IMG/VR virus record: IMGVR_UViG_2778261533_000001
Location: 18,026 to 82,025 of that record
Length of the DNA stretch: 64,000 nucleotides
DNA from: a virus
Lineage: Duplodnaviria > Heunggongvirae > Uroviricota > Caudoviricetes
Direction: 5' to 3' (one strand)
The notes under the pieces are model-generated. The model was given only the letters and a program-made list of their open reading frames with translations, did no database searches and had not been told where the DNA came from. Each line of letters starts with the position of its first letter. The stretch's first letter is position 1. The position numbers and the translations under genes were made by a program. Of the stretch, positions 55,467 to 64,000 are shown in pieces.

Positions 55467-58400
55467 ATGGAAAGAAAAAACGCCAATATTGACGATGTTA
55501 TAAGGACAGTTGAAACCGCCAGCGCGAAAGAGCTGGAAGAGCTTGCAGGTATTCGGGAAGCTGTTGAAGATTTGAAAGGGGAACGCGTTGCAACGGTTGA
55601 CCCAGTATCTCGCAGTGTGTCGGCATTAAATCGCACAATCGAAAATTCACGTCCTGACTTTGTGACCAATGCGCCATCAGTGGACCCTATTGTTGACGCA
55701 ATAAAACGGCTTAATTTAGGGGACGTTTCTCGTATACGGGAGGACAAAGTCACTAACCGTGAACAGCAGGCTGCACCAACAGCGCACAATCCCCCAAATA
55801 GACGAAGAGAGGCAATAACAGAGGATGTTAAAGCACAGCGGTTAGAACCGGTCAAACTCGCTCGTGATTTGAAAGGGGAACGCGTTGCAACGGTTGACCC
55901 AGTATCTCGCAGTGTGTCGGCATTAAATCGAACAATCGAAAATTCCCGGCCAGACTTTGTGGCCAATGCGCCATCAGTAGACCCTATTGTTGACGCAATG
56001 AAACGACTTAATTTAGGGGACGTTTCTCGTGTAGTTCAGGAGGGCATTGCTCAACAAGAACAGCAGGCCAAATCAACTACACCAAAGGGTAAAAAACGAC
56101 GCAGGAAGGCTATACCAGAGGATATAAAGGCACAACGGACCGAAGCAGCCGAACACGCTCGCGAAATGTTCGATCAAAAAGGCGGTGCGCAAAAAAGCCA
56201 AAACCAACGCGATGCGCGTGGTCGTTTTATTGGAAAGTCAGGGAGTAAGGCCGCAGCGGAAGATGCCCGTGCTGAACGTGCTGAAAAGGCCAGGCGCAAA
56301 GAGGATGATGAGCGTCTAAATGCTGAATCAGGTTTATTAAAAAAACTGTCAAAAGTAGCTGAAGGCATAGGTAACCCTTCAGAGACTCGTGCCGTTGATG
56401 CGTTAGGTTATGCCGTTGCTGGTCCATTGTGGGCAGCAGGGAAGGAGCTTGGCGGGATATCAAAAGAAGTTGGTGGATCGCTTAATGGTGCCAGAAAGTC
56501 TATTGCCGATGTGATTCGTGGCAATGACGATAACAGCCGTAGAAAAGGTTTTTTTAGGCGTAAATCGCAAAATAGTGCCGATGTCGTTCAGGTTAACACC
56601 CAAAAACGGACAGTTCAGGAACTTCAGGAGCAGACCAGCGAAATTAAAGAGGGCAATGACAAGATTCTCAGCGCCCTTGATCAGATAGCCAAAAACACCG
56701 GGAAAAAGAAGGGCGGCTTGCTGTCCAAACTATTTAGCCTGTTAGGGAAGGGGGCCGGTGGCGTCGCGTCGTTGTTAATGGGGCGTGGCATGCTGAAAAA
56801 AGCTGGAGCACTCGCTTTTGGCGCTCTGGGGGCAAAGAAACTTGTAGGAATGCTACGCGGTGGTGGCAAGAAGACTATCGCCCATGAAGGTGGAGATTTG
56901 GCTGCCCGGGCAGCAGGTAAACTTGGATTAAAGGCAGTTGGTAAAGGGGCGTTACGCGCAATTCCCTTAGTCGGCACAGTGGCTGGAGGTATTTATGATG
57001 CGGTAACCGGTTGGAATGATACAGAAGCGCAACGTCGAGCGTTTGGGCTTAAATCAGGACAAGATCCATCATTCCAGCAAAAAGCCGCTTATACGTTAGC
57101 CAATGTTCTTGATATGGGGGGACTGGTATCTGGTATTAGCAGCGCCATTGGTGAGGTTCTCAAATCACTTGGATTTGAGGATATCGGCAATATGTTGCAA
57201 TCATTTTCGACGGAAAGTATTGCCCAGGCCATTGATAGTGGGATTACCAACTTAGAAACATATATTTCTAACCTTGGCGACACCATTTCTACCAAGTTCG
57301 AAGATTACACAGCAAAGATTGGTGATGCTGTTTCAGCATGGTTTAGCGATACATCTAATAAGCTGCTTGAAAAGCTGGATGCCATCAAAGACTTCTTTAC
57401 TGTTGATAACCTGAAACAGGTTTTCAGTGATGCAATTGATAGTGCAATTGATTTCATTAAGAACCCAGGGAAACACATTAAAGAGGCGGCTGGTAATATT
57501 TGGGATGGGGTTAAAAATTTACCTGGTAAAGCATTAGATGCAGCGGTTGATGCCGTTAAAAATACCCCTGCGGCAATGATTGTATCAAAAATACCCAATC
57601 CGATCGGCGAGGCTAATGCGAAAGAAATCGCTCCAGAGTTAAAAGCTCCGGTTAATAGCGAGGCTAATGCGAAAGAAATCGCTCCAGAGTTAAAAGCTCC
57701 GGTTAATAGCGAGGCTAATGCGAAAGAAATCACTCCGGAGTTAAAAGCTCCGGTTAATAGCCACCAGGAGACATCTGATTCTAAAACTGAATCCGATGCC
57801 AAACAGACTAATATTGTTACCCGCGTGATAAATGCGGCACTGGACACGGCGAAAGATAGCAATAAAACAGTTAAAGAAACTGCTAATCAGATTATCAATA
57901 CAAATGCCGTAGAAACGGGCAATAGCGCGTTGCAGAAAATTGATAAAGCTATTGGTCAAAATAGCTCGTCATCATCGTCGCTTAATACCACTGGCACCAG
58001 GAATGACATTCAGAAAGCTGCGGATACCTACAACAATGGCCGCTTGGATGTAAAAGTCGGAAGTCTTGGATCTGAAGGTAAGGCAAATCTCGATAAGTTG
58101 GCTCCGTATTTTGCTGAACTAGAGAATAAATATGGTCTTCCAGAAGGCACTCTTTACGCGATTGCTGCAACTGAATCTGGTGGTAATCCGTATGCAAAAT
58201 CCCAAACCGGTGCTCTGGGAATGTTTCAGTTCACGGGGATTGCTCGTGAAGAGACTGGCTTAGCTGAAGGTGAATCGTTTGATCCTGTGAAATCGGCAGA
58301 AGCTGCGGCTCTTCTCATGAGCAAGTATCTGAAGCAAGCCAATGGAGACTTAAACGAGGCCATCACTGCATATAACGCTGGGTTTGGCACTATCAATAAG

Positions 58401-59258
58401 TGGAAAAAAGGCACAGGTGACTTATCGAAAGAAAACCGTGAGTACGCGATCAAGGTCAATACTCATCGTGCTCGCTATTTAGGTGGTGAAATCTATACAC
58501 CTGGAGCAGGAGCACAGGGTGGGGCGCAATATGGAGTGAGGGGACCACTGCCTGATAACGCTGTTATCGATCAGTCTACTGGCCTGGCGTTTACCCCTGG
58601 TGATAGCCCGTTTGAGAAAGGCGGTCTGGTAGACAAAATCGGCAATGCTGTTGGCGTTAACGATCTGGTCAACAAATTCATGAATGGCCGGGGTATGCGT
58701 CGGGAAGTCGTTCAGGGAACGCTCGAAGAACGTGCACGAGGGAAGGGGACCGCAACAGCAGCTGGCAATGTGTATGTTGATACTCCGATGCCAGTTGAAG
58801 AGGCGCGTCCGGTGGCCAGCAACTCAAGTTACTTTGACCAACTCGGCGCACAAATGGGGATTGATGGACTATTCGATAAACTCCGCAACTCGCCGGGGAT
58901 GCGGAAAAATAATGCGCCTGAACCAGCCTCCACGTCCAAGGTGACGACTGCCGCCAACGATTTGCAGCAACCAACCGGTCGTATGCAGATAGACGGGCAG
59001 GTTATTAGTGACCTTGGCGGTTCCGGTGCCAAGCCGACAATGCAGTTGGCTGATAATACCGTTTCACTTGATGGTGAAACGAAGCGGCTGTTTGCGCAGA
59101 TGACCTCATTGCTTGCCAGGATTGAAGAGCACACCAAAGACTCGGCGAAAGGCCAGGGAACTGTCGTAAAGGTCAGCACGCCTCAGCCGGGCGTTATGCG
59201 CACGGTACCACTGTCAATTGATGATCCGTTGATGAATGACTACGCGAGAGTTGATTGA
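55467..59258 (+). CDS. sit: Tail tape-measure-like protein with lytic transglycosylase (SLT) domain, Sit-like
   Basis: 1263 aa; SLT-like motifs (AIAATESGGNPYAKSQTGALGMFQFTGIAREETG); internal tandem repeats; upstream of baseplate genes. Confidence 0.7.
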   Translation: MERKNANIDDVIRTVETASAKELEELAGIREAVEDLKGERVATVDPVSRSVSALNRTIENSRPDFVTNAPSVDPIVDAIKRLNLGDVSRIREDKVTNREQQAAPTAHNPPNRRREAITEDVKAQRLEPVKLARDLKGERVATVDPVSRSVSALNRTIENSRPDFVANAPSVDPIVDAMKRLNLGDVSRVVQEGIAQQEQQAKSTTPKGKKRRRKAIPEDIKAQRTEAAEHAREMFDQKGGAQKSQNQRDARGRFIGKSGSKAAAEDARAERAEKARRKEDDERLNAESGLLKKLSKVAEGIGNPSETRAVDALGYAVAGPLWAAGKELGGISKEVGGSLNGARKSIADVIRGNDDNSRRKGFFRRKSQNSADVVQVNTQKRTVQELQEQTSEIKEGNDKILSALDQIAKNTGKKKGGLLSKLFSLLGKGAGGVASLLMGRGMLKKAGALAFGALGAKKLVGMLRGGGKKTIAHEGGDLAARAAGKLGLKAVGKGALRAIPLVGTVAGGIYDAVTGWNDTEAQRRAFGLKSGQDPSFQQKAAYTLANVLDMGGLVSGISSAIGEVLKSLGFEDIGNMLQSFSTESIAQAIDSGITNLETYISNLGDTISTKFEDYTAKIGDAVSAWFSDTSNKLLEKLDAIKDFFTVDNLKQVFSDAIDSAIDFIKNPGKHIKEAAGNIWDGVKNLPGKALDAAVDAVKNTPAAMIVSKIPNPIGEANAKEIAPELKAPVNSEANAKEIAPELKAPVNSEANAKEITPELKAPVNSHQETSDSKTESDAKQTNIVTRVINAALDTAKDSNKTVKETANQIINTNAVETGNSALQKIDKAIGQNSSSSSSLNTTGTRNDIQKAADTYNNGRLDVKVGSLGSEGKANLDKLAPYFAELENKYGLPEGTLYAIAATESGGNPYAKSQTGALGMFQFTGIAREETGLAEGESFDPVKSAEAAALLMSKYLKQANGDLNEAITAYNAGFGTINKWKKGTGDLSKENREYAIKVNTHRARYLGGEIYTPGAGAQGGAQYGVRGPLPDNAVIDQSTGLAFTPGDSPFEKGGLVDKIGNAVGVNDLVNKFMNGRGMRREVVQGTLEERARGKGTATAAGNVYVDTPMPVEEARPVASNSSYFDQLGAQMGIDGLFDKLRNSPGMRKNNAPEPASTSKVTTAANDLQQPTGRMQIDGQVISDLGGSGAKPTMQLADNTVSLDGETKRLFAQMTSLLARIEEHTKDSAKGQGTVVKVSTPQPGVMRTVPLSIDDPLMNDYARVD

Positions 59259-59614
59259 TGGCCAACAATAACGAAATTGATCCTTTGCTGACGCTGGAGT
59301 TATCCGGCGTAAAAACGTATGAGTCCCAGGAGGAGGCCTGGGGCGCTCGTTTATATGAGTGGCTAAACACTTATCAGGGTGAGGTATACGGAGATCCGTC
59401 ATGGGGCAATGTTTTACCGCAGTTTAAACACGAACCGACCAACTTGTCGCATGTTCAAATTGCGGTTGAGGCAATGCTGTTGCAAAAACTGACGGTAGAT
59501 TTACCTGACATACCGATTTCTGGCTTGTCAGTTGCCGAGGGAGATGCTTTTGATAAGTTGAAAATATCCATTCGTATCAGGGATATAACTATCACACAGG
59601 ACGTGGTGCTATGA
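59255..59614 (+). CDS. Baseplate wedge protein (gpW/gp25-like)
   Basis: 119 aa, overlaps sit stop, precedes J-like gene. Confidence 0.5.
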   Translation: MMANNNEIDPLLTLELSGVKTYESQEEAWGARLYEWLNTYQGEVYGDPSWGNVLPQFKHEPTNLSHVQIAVEAMLLQKLTVDLPDIPISGLSVAEGDAFDKLKISIRIRDITITQDVVL

Positions 59615-61044
59615 GTAAAACAACACCGACTAAAGACAGTATTCGTGCAGAGTTTGAAGAGCTTGTCGAGAAAGATTCATTCTGGTCGAAGTTTGTCGGC
59701 TCTCAATTTGTCTCGATGCTGACATTGTTTATTACCCAGATTGTCTACAGGTGCTTTCAGTATGCCGATGCGGCGCTGGCTGAAGGCTTTATATCGACCG
59801 CGACGCGGCGTTCCTCTATCCTGGCAGCGGCAGAAACGAATAGTTACGTTGGTACCAAGCCAACACCGTCATCGGGGATGATTGAGATCACCGCCACAAG
59901 TGAAGATGCCCCAGCGGTAATCCCCAAAAACATGCCTTTAATATCTGACGACCAGTACCCTTACATGACTATGGATGTATGCAGGTTGGTTGACGGCACC
60001 GGTACGGTAGAAGTGGCACAGTTGGAAATCCAGGAGGTGACATATACCGTTACGGCAGCCAAAGAATTTCTGGAAGTCGTGTTATCAAAGGCTCTTACTG
60101 CTGTCTGCTATAAGCTGGAAGTATTCGTGACGACCGATGGTAAGACCACGCAGTGGTCTTCCAGCACTATGTTCCGGTTAGCCGGTAGTAAAAGCCAGGT
60201 CTACGTTGAGTTTTATAAACCATCCGAGCAGTTGGGGGTTCGATTCGGCGATGGGCTAATTGGGCAAATACCGCCAGAAGGTTCGACAATTACGCTTAAG
60301 GTATGGTGCACCAACGGCGATATAACCCTGGTTGCTGGCCAAAACCTGACGCCTGTCGATTCTGCGGCTAATTTAGCTAATTTGATTTCAGTTAAGACAA
60401 CGACACCTATAACCGCAGGTACCGATGCTGAAACAACGGAGATCACACGTAACCGTGCACAATATTACCTTGCCTATGATGATCAGGTCGTATGGGGCGG
60501 GGACTATACGTATTTTCTGGTTCGTAACATCCCGGGGCTGTCCTGGGTAAAGGCATGGGGCGAAGGCCAGCAAGAGAAATTAGATGGTGCTTATAATGTT
60601 CAGAATATCAATAAGATATTTATTTCAGGATGGCATCCAAATAAAAGCCAGTCAGAGCTTGAAGAAATGATCCTGACTGCCTTTAAGAAGGTACCGAATG
60701 AACTGAACAAGAAATTCTCTTATAAAGAGGTCAGAAAACTACCATTTAAGATAACCATCACCGGGCGGATATCGGCAAGCCTGACTATTGAGAACGTGGC
60801 TGATGAGTTGAAGTCGGCACTGGAAACAAAATTTGGGCGCGACTCAAATTTCTTTGATCCGAACGGTGTCGGCAAGTACATCCTGATCAAGAAAAAAGAC
60901 GTTTGGGCATTTATCGAAACGCTGGGTTATTTCCGCGACTTTTATCTGGAATTTGTCGAGTGGAATGAGTCCAACGGCTTTTACGATTTCGTTTATCTGG
61001 ATACAGAAAACTCCACCTTTAATATTTCGTATGAGGAGGAGTGA
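59611..61044 (+). CDS. Baseplate J-like protein
   Basis: 477 aa between W-like and I-like genes. Confidence 0.5.
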   Translation: MSKTTPTKDSIRAEFEELVEKDSFWSKFVGSQFVSMLTLFITQIVYRCFQYADAALAEGFISTATRRSSILAAAETNSYVGTKPTPSSGMIEITATSEDAPAVIPKNMPLISDDQYPYMTMDVCRLVDGTGTVEVAQLEIQEVTYTVTAAKEFLEVVLSKALTAVCYKLEVFVTTDGKTTQWSSSTMFRLAGSKSQVYVEFYKPSEQLGVRFGDGLIGQIPPEGSTITLKVWCTNGDITLVAGQNLTPVDSAANLANLISVKTTTPITAGTDAETTEITRNRAQYYLAYDDQVVWGGDYTYFLVRNIPGLSWVKAWGEGQQEKLDGAYNVQNINKIFISGWHPNKSQSELEEMILTAFKKVPNELNKKFSYKEVRKLPFKITITGRISASLTIENVADELKSALETKFGRDSNFFDPNGVGKYILIKKKDVWAFIETLGYFRDFYLEFVEWNESNGFYDFVYLDTENSTFNISYEEE

Positions 61045-61880
61045 TGCAACGTTCCTGGTTTAATAATCGGCTTACATCAGCTAAGCAAAAGTCATTGCTC
61101 TATAAATCATTGGCTGATTTGGTTCAGTCAATGATGGACACCTTTGTTGACCCATGGTTGGAGCGAATTACCAACCGGAAGTCTATTTTTTCCATGAGCA
61201 AGGAGGATCTGGAGACCAGGACAAATGAACTTGGCCAGTTCTTTACTATCAGAACCTCAAACTCATCTTCCGTTCCGATGTTGTTACAGCAGCGGCTTGA
61301 TGAGATTCACTTTAAGGGGACTGAACGCCCTATAAACCAGACAATTTACCGCGAATTTAATGGTATTTCTGTTTTATGGGATCCGATATATGCACCGGTG
61401 GACCTTGAACGTCATCCCTATGGCACAGTTCTAATACCAGAAAGCACACTGGAAACTACCGGCGGCACATTCGGCGAGATGTTTCTGACTTCCAGAGGGA
61501 TGATCAGTATTCCCATAAACGACCTGGCCCGGACAATGGGTATTACTGGCACGATAGATCAGTCCGCAATTACAGAAGAAATTCTCAGAAAGTTTAATCA
61601 GTTCGTAAAGCCTCTACTGCCACTGCATATAGTGTTTGATGGGCTTACGCTCTATTTGTCGGTTGTTGTAAATGAACAGGCCGACATGATCACTTTGAAC
61701 GAGATTTCTGATACCGAAAAAGCATTCTGCTGGTTTGAAACTTCGGATACAACTTCGCTTACTGGAGTTACGTCGATTAGCGCCCCGATCACCGCAACGC
61801 CTGGTGGCACTATTGTGAAAGCGACACCTACGTTTGATCGCACACGCGCAGATGATTTGTTGCTGGATAGCGACGCCTGA
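61041..61880 (+). CDS. Baseplate/tail protein (gpI-like)
   Basis: 279-aa ORF, translationally coupled. Confidence 0.45.
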   Translation: MMQRSWFNNRLTSAKQKSLLYKSLADLVQSMMDTFVDPWLERITNRKSIFSMSKEDLETRTNELGQFFTIRTSNSSSVPMLLQQRLDEIHFKGTERPINQTIYREFNGISVLWDPIYAPVDLERHPYGTVLIPESTLETTGGTFGEMFLTSRGMISIPINDLARTMGITGTIDQSAITEEILRKFNQFVKPLLPLHIVFDGLTLYLSVVVNEQADMITLNEISDTEKAFCWFETSDTTSLTGVTSISAPITATPGGTIVKATPTFDRTRADDLLLDSDA

Positions 61881-61958
61881 CAATCACCCCGTCCGTAGGG
61901 CGGGGTGACAAGTTACTTCTCTTACAATGAGGCTTCACAACATTGATTAGGGAAAATC

Positions 61959-62393
61959 ATGTCTGACGTCTCAACAAACCTCTATAAGAGTCAGTTGTTG
62001 GACTATTACTATCAGCGGCGCGCTGAATCGTCCATTAACAAAGGCTCTCGATTTTTAATCAGTAAGGCCGTTTTCGGTACCAGTTCACTGGTTACTAAGA
62101 AAGGAGATGGCACTTATGAGATTGGAGAACTGCCAAAGGCTTTCGATCTGGCTGAACTGACAAGTCAATTTTGCACCATCGACCTCGTTCCAACCTACTC
62201 AGGCGGGATAATTACTGTCCGAATGGACCTTGATCAAAGCCAGTTGCAGGAAGGGAAAAACTACCCATTCAACACTCTGGTTGTTCTGGATAACGAGAAC
62301 AAGCCAATCGCCATTATTTGTGTCCAGGAAGACTCGCTGTATGTGGGCAAAACATATACCGCAGTTATGGCCATAAACACGACTACAGCATAA
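61959..62393 (+). CDS. Tail-fibre-associated structural protein (P1 gene R position)
   Basis: 144-aa ORF immediately upstream of the tail-fibre gene. Confidence 0.45.
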   Translation: MSDVSTNLYKSQLLDYYYQRRAESSINKGSRFLISKAVFGTSSLVTKKGDGTYEIGELPKAFDLAELTSQFCTIDLVPTYSGGIITVRMDLDQSQLQEGKNYPFNTLVVLDNENKPIAIICVQEDSLYVGKTYTAVMAINTTTA

Positions 62394-62404
62394 GGATATG
62401 CTTG

Positions 62405-64000
62405 ATGAATGACGTTACAGTTGTTACATCGGTTACTTACCCATCACCCGAGTCGTTGGCTCTGGTGGCTGATGTGCAATACCACGAACCATATCTGTCA
62501 GCCGCGCTAAACCGAAAATTCAGGGGAATTGTTGACCCTGGATTTTATGCTGGTTTCCTGCCGAAGCCTGGCGGTGGGATGAACCTGTTAATCACCTCAG
62601 TGGATGGTGATAAAACCGCTGGCGCGGCGTCAGTGAATATTGGTGAATTCTACCAGGTAACTATTCAGCAGCGTAAGGATATTTCTCTTGCACTTAGCGC
62701 AGGTAAGAAATATGCAATTGTGCTGAAGGGAAGATACCTCCTTGGAGAAGATTCTTATCAGGTTAATACCGCGTCACATATTCATGCGGCTGAATTTGTT
62801 GCCAGAACCTATACCGATTCATATCAGTTAGGAGATGGGGAACTGCTTGTTTGTACGGTGAATATCCCTGCTGGCGTATCTGCTATTACTCAGGAAATGA
62901 TAGATGTATCCGACCGCATCGATCTCACGATAGGCATTGAAATTTCCGACTCTGTAACCAGTACCAGAAGTGATGTCGCTGCAAGTTCGCTGGCGGTTAA
63001 AAAAGCCTACGATCTGGCGAAAAGCAAGTATACGGCGCAGGATGCAAGCACAACACAAAAGGGATTAGTTCAGCTCAGTAGCGCAACTAACAGCGACAGC
63101 GAAACAATGGCGGCCACCCCTAAAGCCGTTAAGTCTGTAAAAGAGCTGGCTGATACCAAAGCGCCAATAGAAAGCCCAGAGCTTACAGGAACGCCAACCG
63201 CGCCGACGGCAGCACAAAGTACAAACAGCACGCAGATCGCAAACACAGCCTTTGTTAAGGCAGCTATAACAGCACTTATCAATGGTGCTCCGGGAGCACT
63301 GGATACGTTGAAAGAAATTGCGGCTGCGATCAATAACGACCCGAATTTCAGCACAACTATCAACAATGCCCTGGCTCTCAAAGCGCCTTTGGCAAGCCCT
63401 GCATTAACGGGTATCCCTACTGCACCTACCGCTGCACAGGGCACAAACAATACGCAGATCGCTACGACTGCTTACGTACGGGCTGCTATATCTGCATTGG
63501 TCGGCTCATCACCAGAAGCTCTTGATACCCTGAATGAGCTTGCAGCAGCACTTGGCAATGACCCGAACTTTGCGACAACAATGACAAATGCGCTGGCAGG
63601 GAAACAGCCACTTGATGCAACTTTAACAGCGCTCGCTGGCCTTACGACTGGCGCAAATAAATTGCCGTACTTTACCGGTACAGACACTGTTTCCCAGACT
63701 GATTTAACGTCAGTCGGTCGCGATATCCTGGCTAAAACAAGCACACTGGCTGTTATCCAATACCTTGGTTTAAGAGAAATCGGTACCAGCGGTGAAAAGA
63801 TCCCCCTGTTGAGCACGGCTAACACATGGAGTGCACGCCAGACTTTCAACGGTGGGATCACCGGGGCGCTGACAGGGAACGCCGACACCGCGACGAAATT
63901 GAAAACAGCACGCACGATTGGCGGTGTGGCATTTGATGGTACTGCGAATATTAATTTACCTGGTGTTAACGTTGCGGGTAATCAGAATACATCCGGTAAC
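62405..64000 (+). CDS. S: Tail fibre protein S, 5' constant part (partial, continues beyond window)
   Basis: Open frame from ATG 62405 to window end; own translation shows repeated collar motifs GALDTLKEIAAAINNDPNF and ALDTLNELAAALGNDPNFATTM typical of P1 S / T4 gp37 / lambda Stf fibres. Confidence 0.8.
   Translation, partial: MNDVTVVTSVTYPSPESLALVADVQYHEPYLSAALNRKFRGIVDPGFYAGFLPKPGGGMNLLITSVDGDKTAGAASVNIGEFYQVTIQQRKDISLALSAGKKYAIVLKGRYLLGEDSYQVNTASHIHAAEFVARTYTDSYQLGDGELLVCTVNIPAGVSAITQEMIDVSDRIDLTIGIEISDSVTSTRSDVAASSLAVKKAYDLAKSKYTAQDASTTQKGLVQLSSATNSDSETMAATPKAVKSVKELADTKAPIESPELTGTPTAPTAAQSTNSTQIANTAFVKAAITALINGAPGALDTLKEIAAAINNDPNFSTTINNALALKAPLASPALTGIPTAPTAAQGTNNTQIATTAYVRAAISALVGSSPEALDTLNELAAALGNDPNFATTMTNALAGKQPLDATLTALAGLTTGANKLPYFTGTDTVSQTDLTSVGRDILAKTSTLAVIQYLGLREIGTSGEKIPLLSTANTWSARQTFNGGITGALTGNADTATKLKTARTIGGVAFDGTANINLPGVNVAGNQNTSGN

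Noticed and set aside
57305-57862. 185-aa minus-strand ORF inside sit
   Set aside because: Antisense to a long, well-supported structural gene and consists of repetitive low-complexity sequence derived from the tandem repeats.

Overview
This window reads as a large segment of a P1-like temperate phage-plasmid (enterobacterial P1/P7 family), in inverted orientation relative to the canonical P1 map. All calls come from reading the sequence and ORF translations against remembered P1 biology; no database search was run. Recognisable content, in window order: the 3' end of the c1 repressor gene; packaging genes pacB/pacA with the GATC-rich pac site; lpa; the phd-doc addiction module; humD and hot; a long minus-strand block of morphogenesis/accessory genes (phosphatases, a VRR-NUC nuclease, paralogous Rossmann-like proteins); a six-gene plus-strand baseplate block; ban (DnaB-like helicase) and the tciABC operon; three tRNA genes (Ile-CAU, Thr, Asn); a bifunctional C5-cytosine/N6-adenine methyltransferase (dmt-like); an RdgC homolog; a spanin-like pair; the plasmid replicon (oriR, repA, iterons) and the parA-parB-parS partition locus; head and tail genes; the lytic replicon and immunity I region (repL, kilA, ant, icd, c4 leader); sim-like secreted proteins; a Sit-like tape measure/transglycosylase; baseplate genes; and the 5' part of the tail-fibre gene S. 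About ten matches to the C1 operator consensus are spread through the window. Candidate novelties relative to P1 as I recall it: (1) a 341-aa LAGLIDADG intein splitting the catalytic PCQ motif of the methyltransferase; (2) a second c4-icd-ant-like module wedged between pacB and c1; (3) a T5orf172/GIY-YIG-like gene between the repA iterons and parA; (4) an AT-rich two-gene operon (DUF3800-like) downstream of repL; (5) tRNA-fragment-like structured repeats around the tRNA genes; (6) a mosaic tandem duplication in the morphogenesis block. P1 gene names assigned by position only are stated as such and carry lower confidence.
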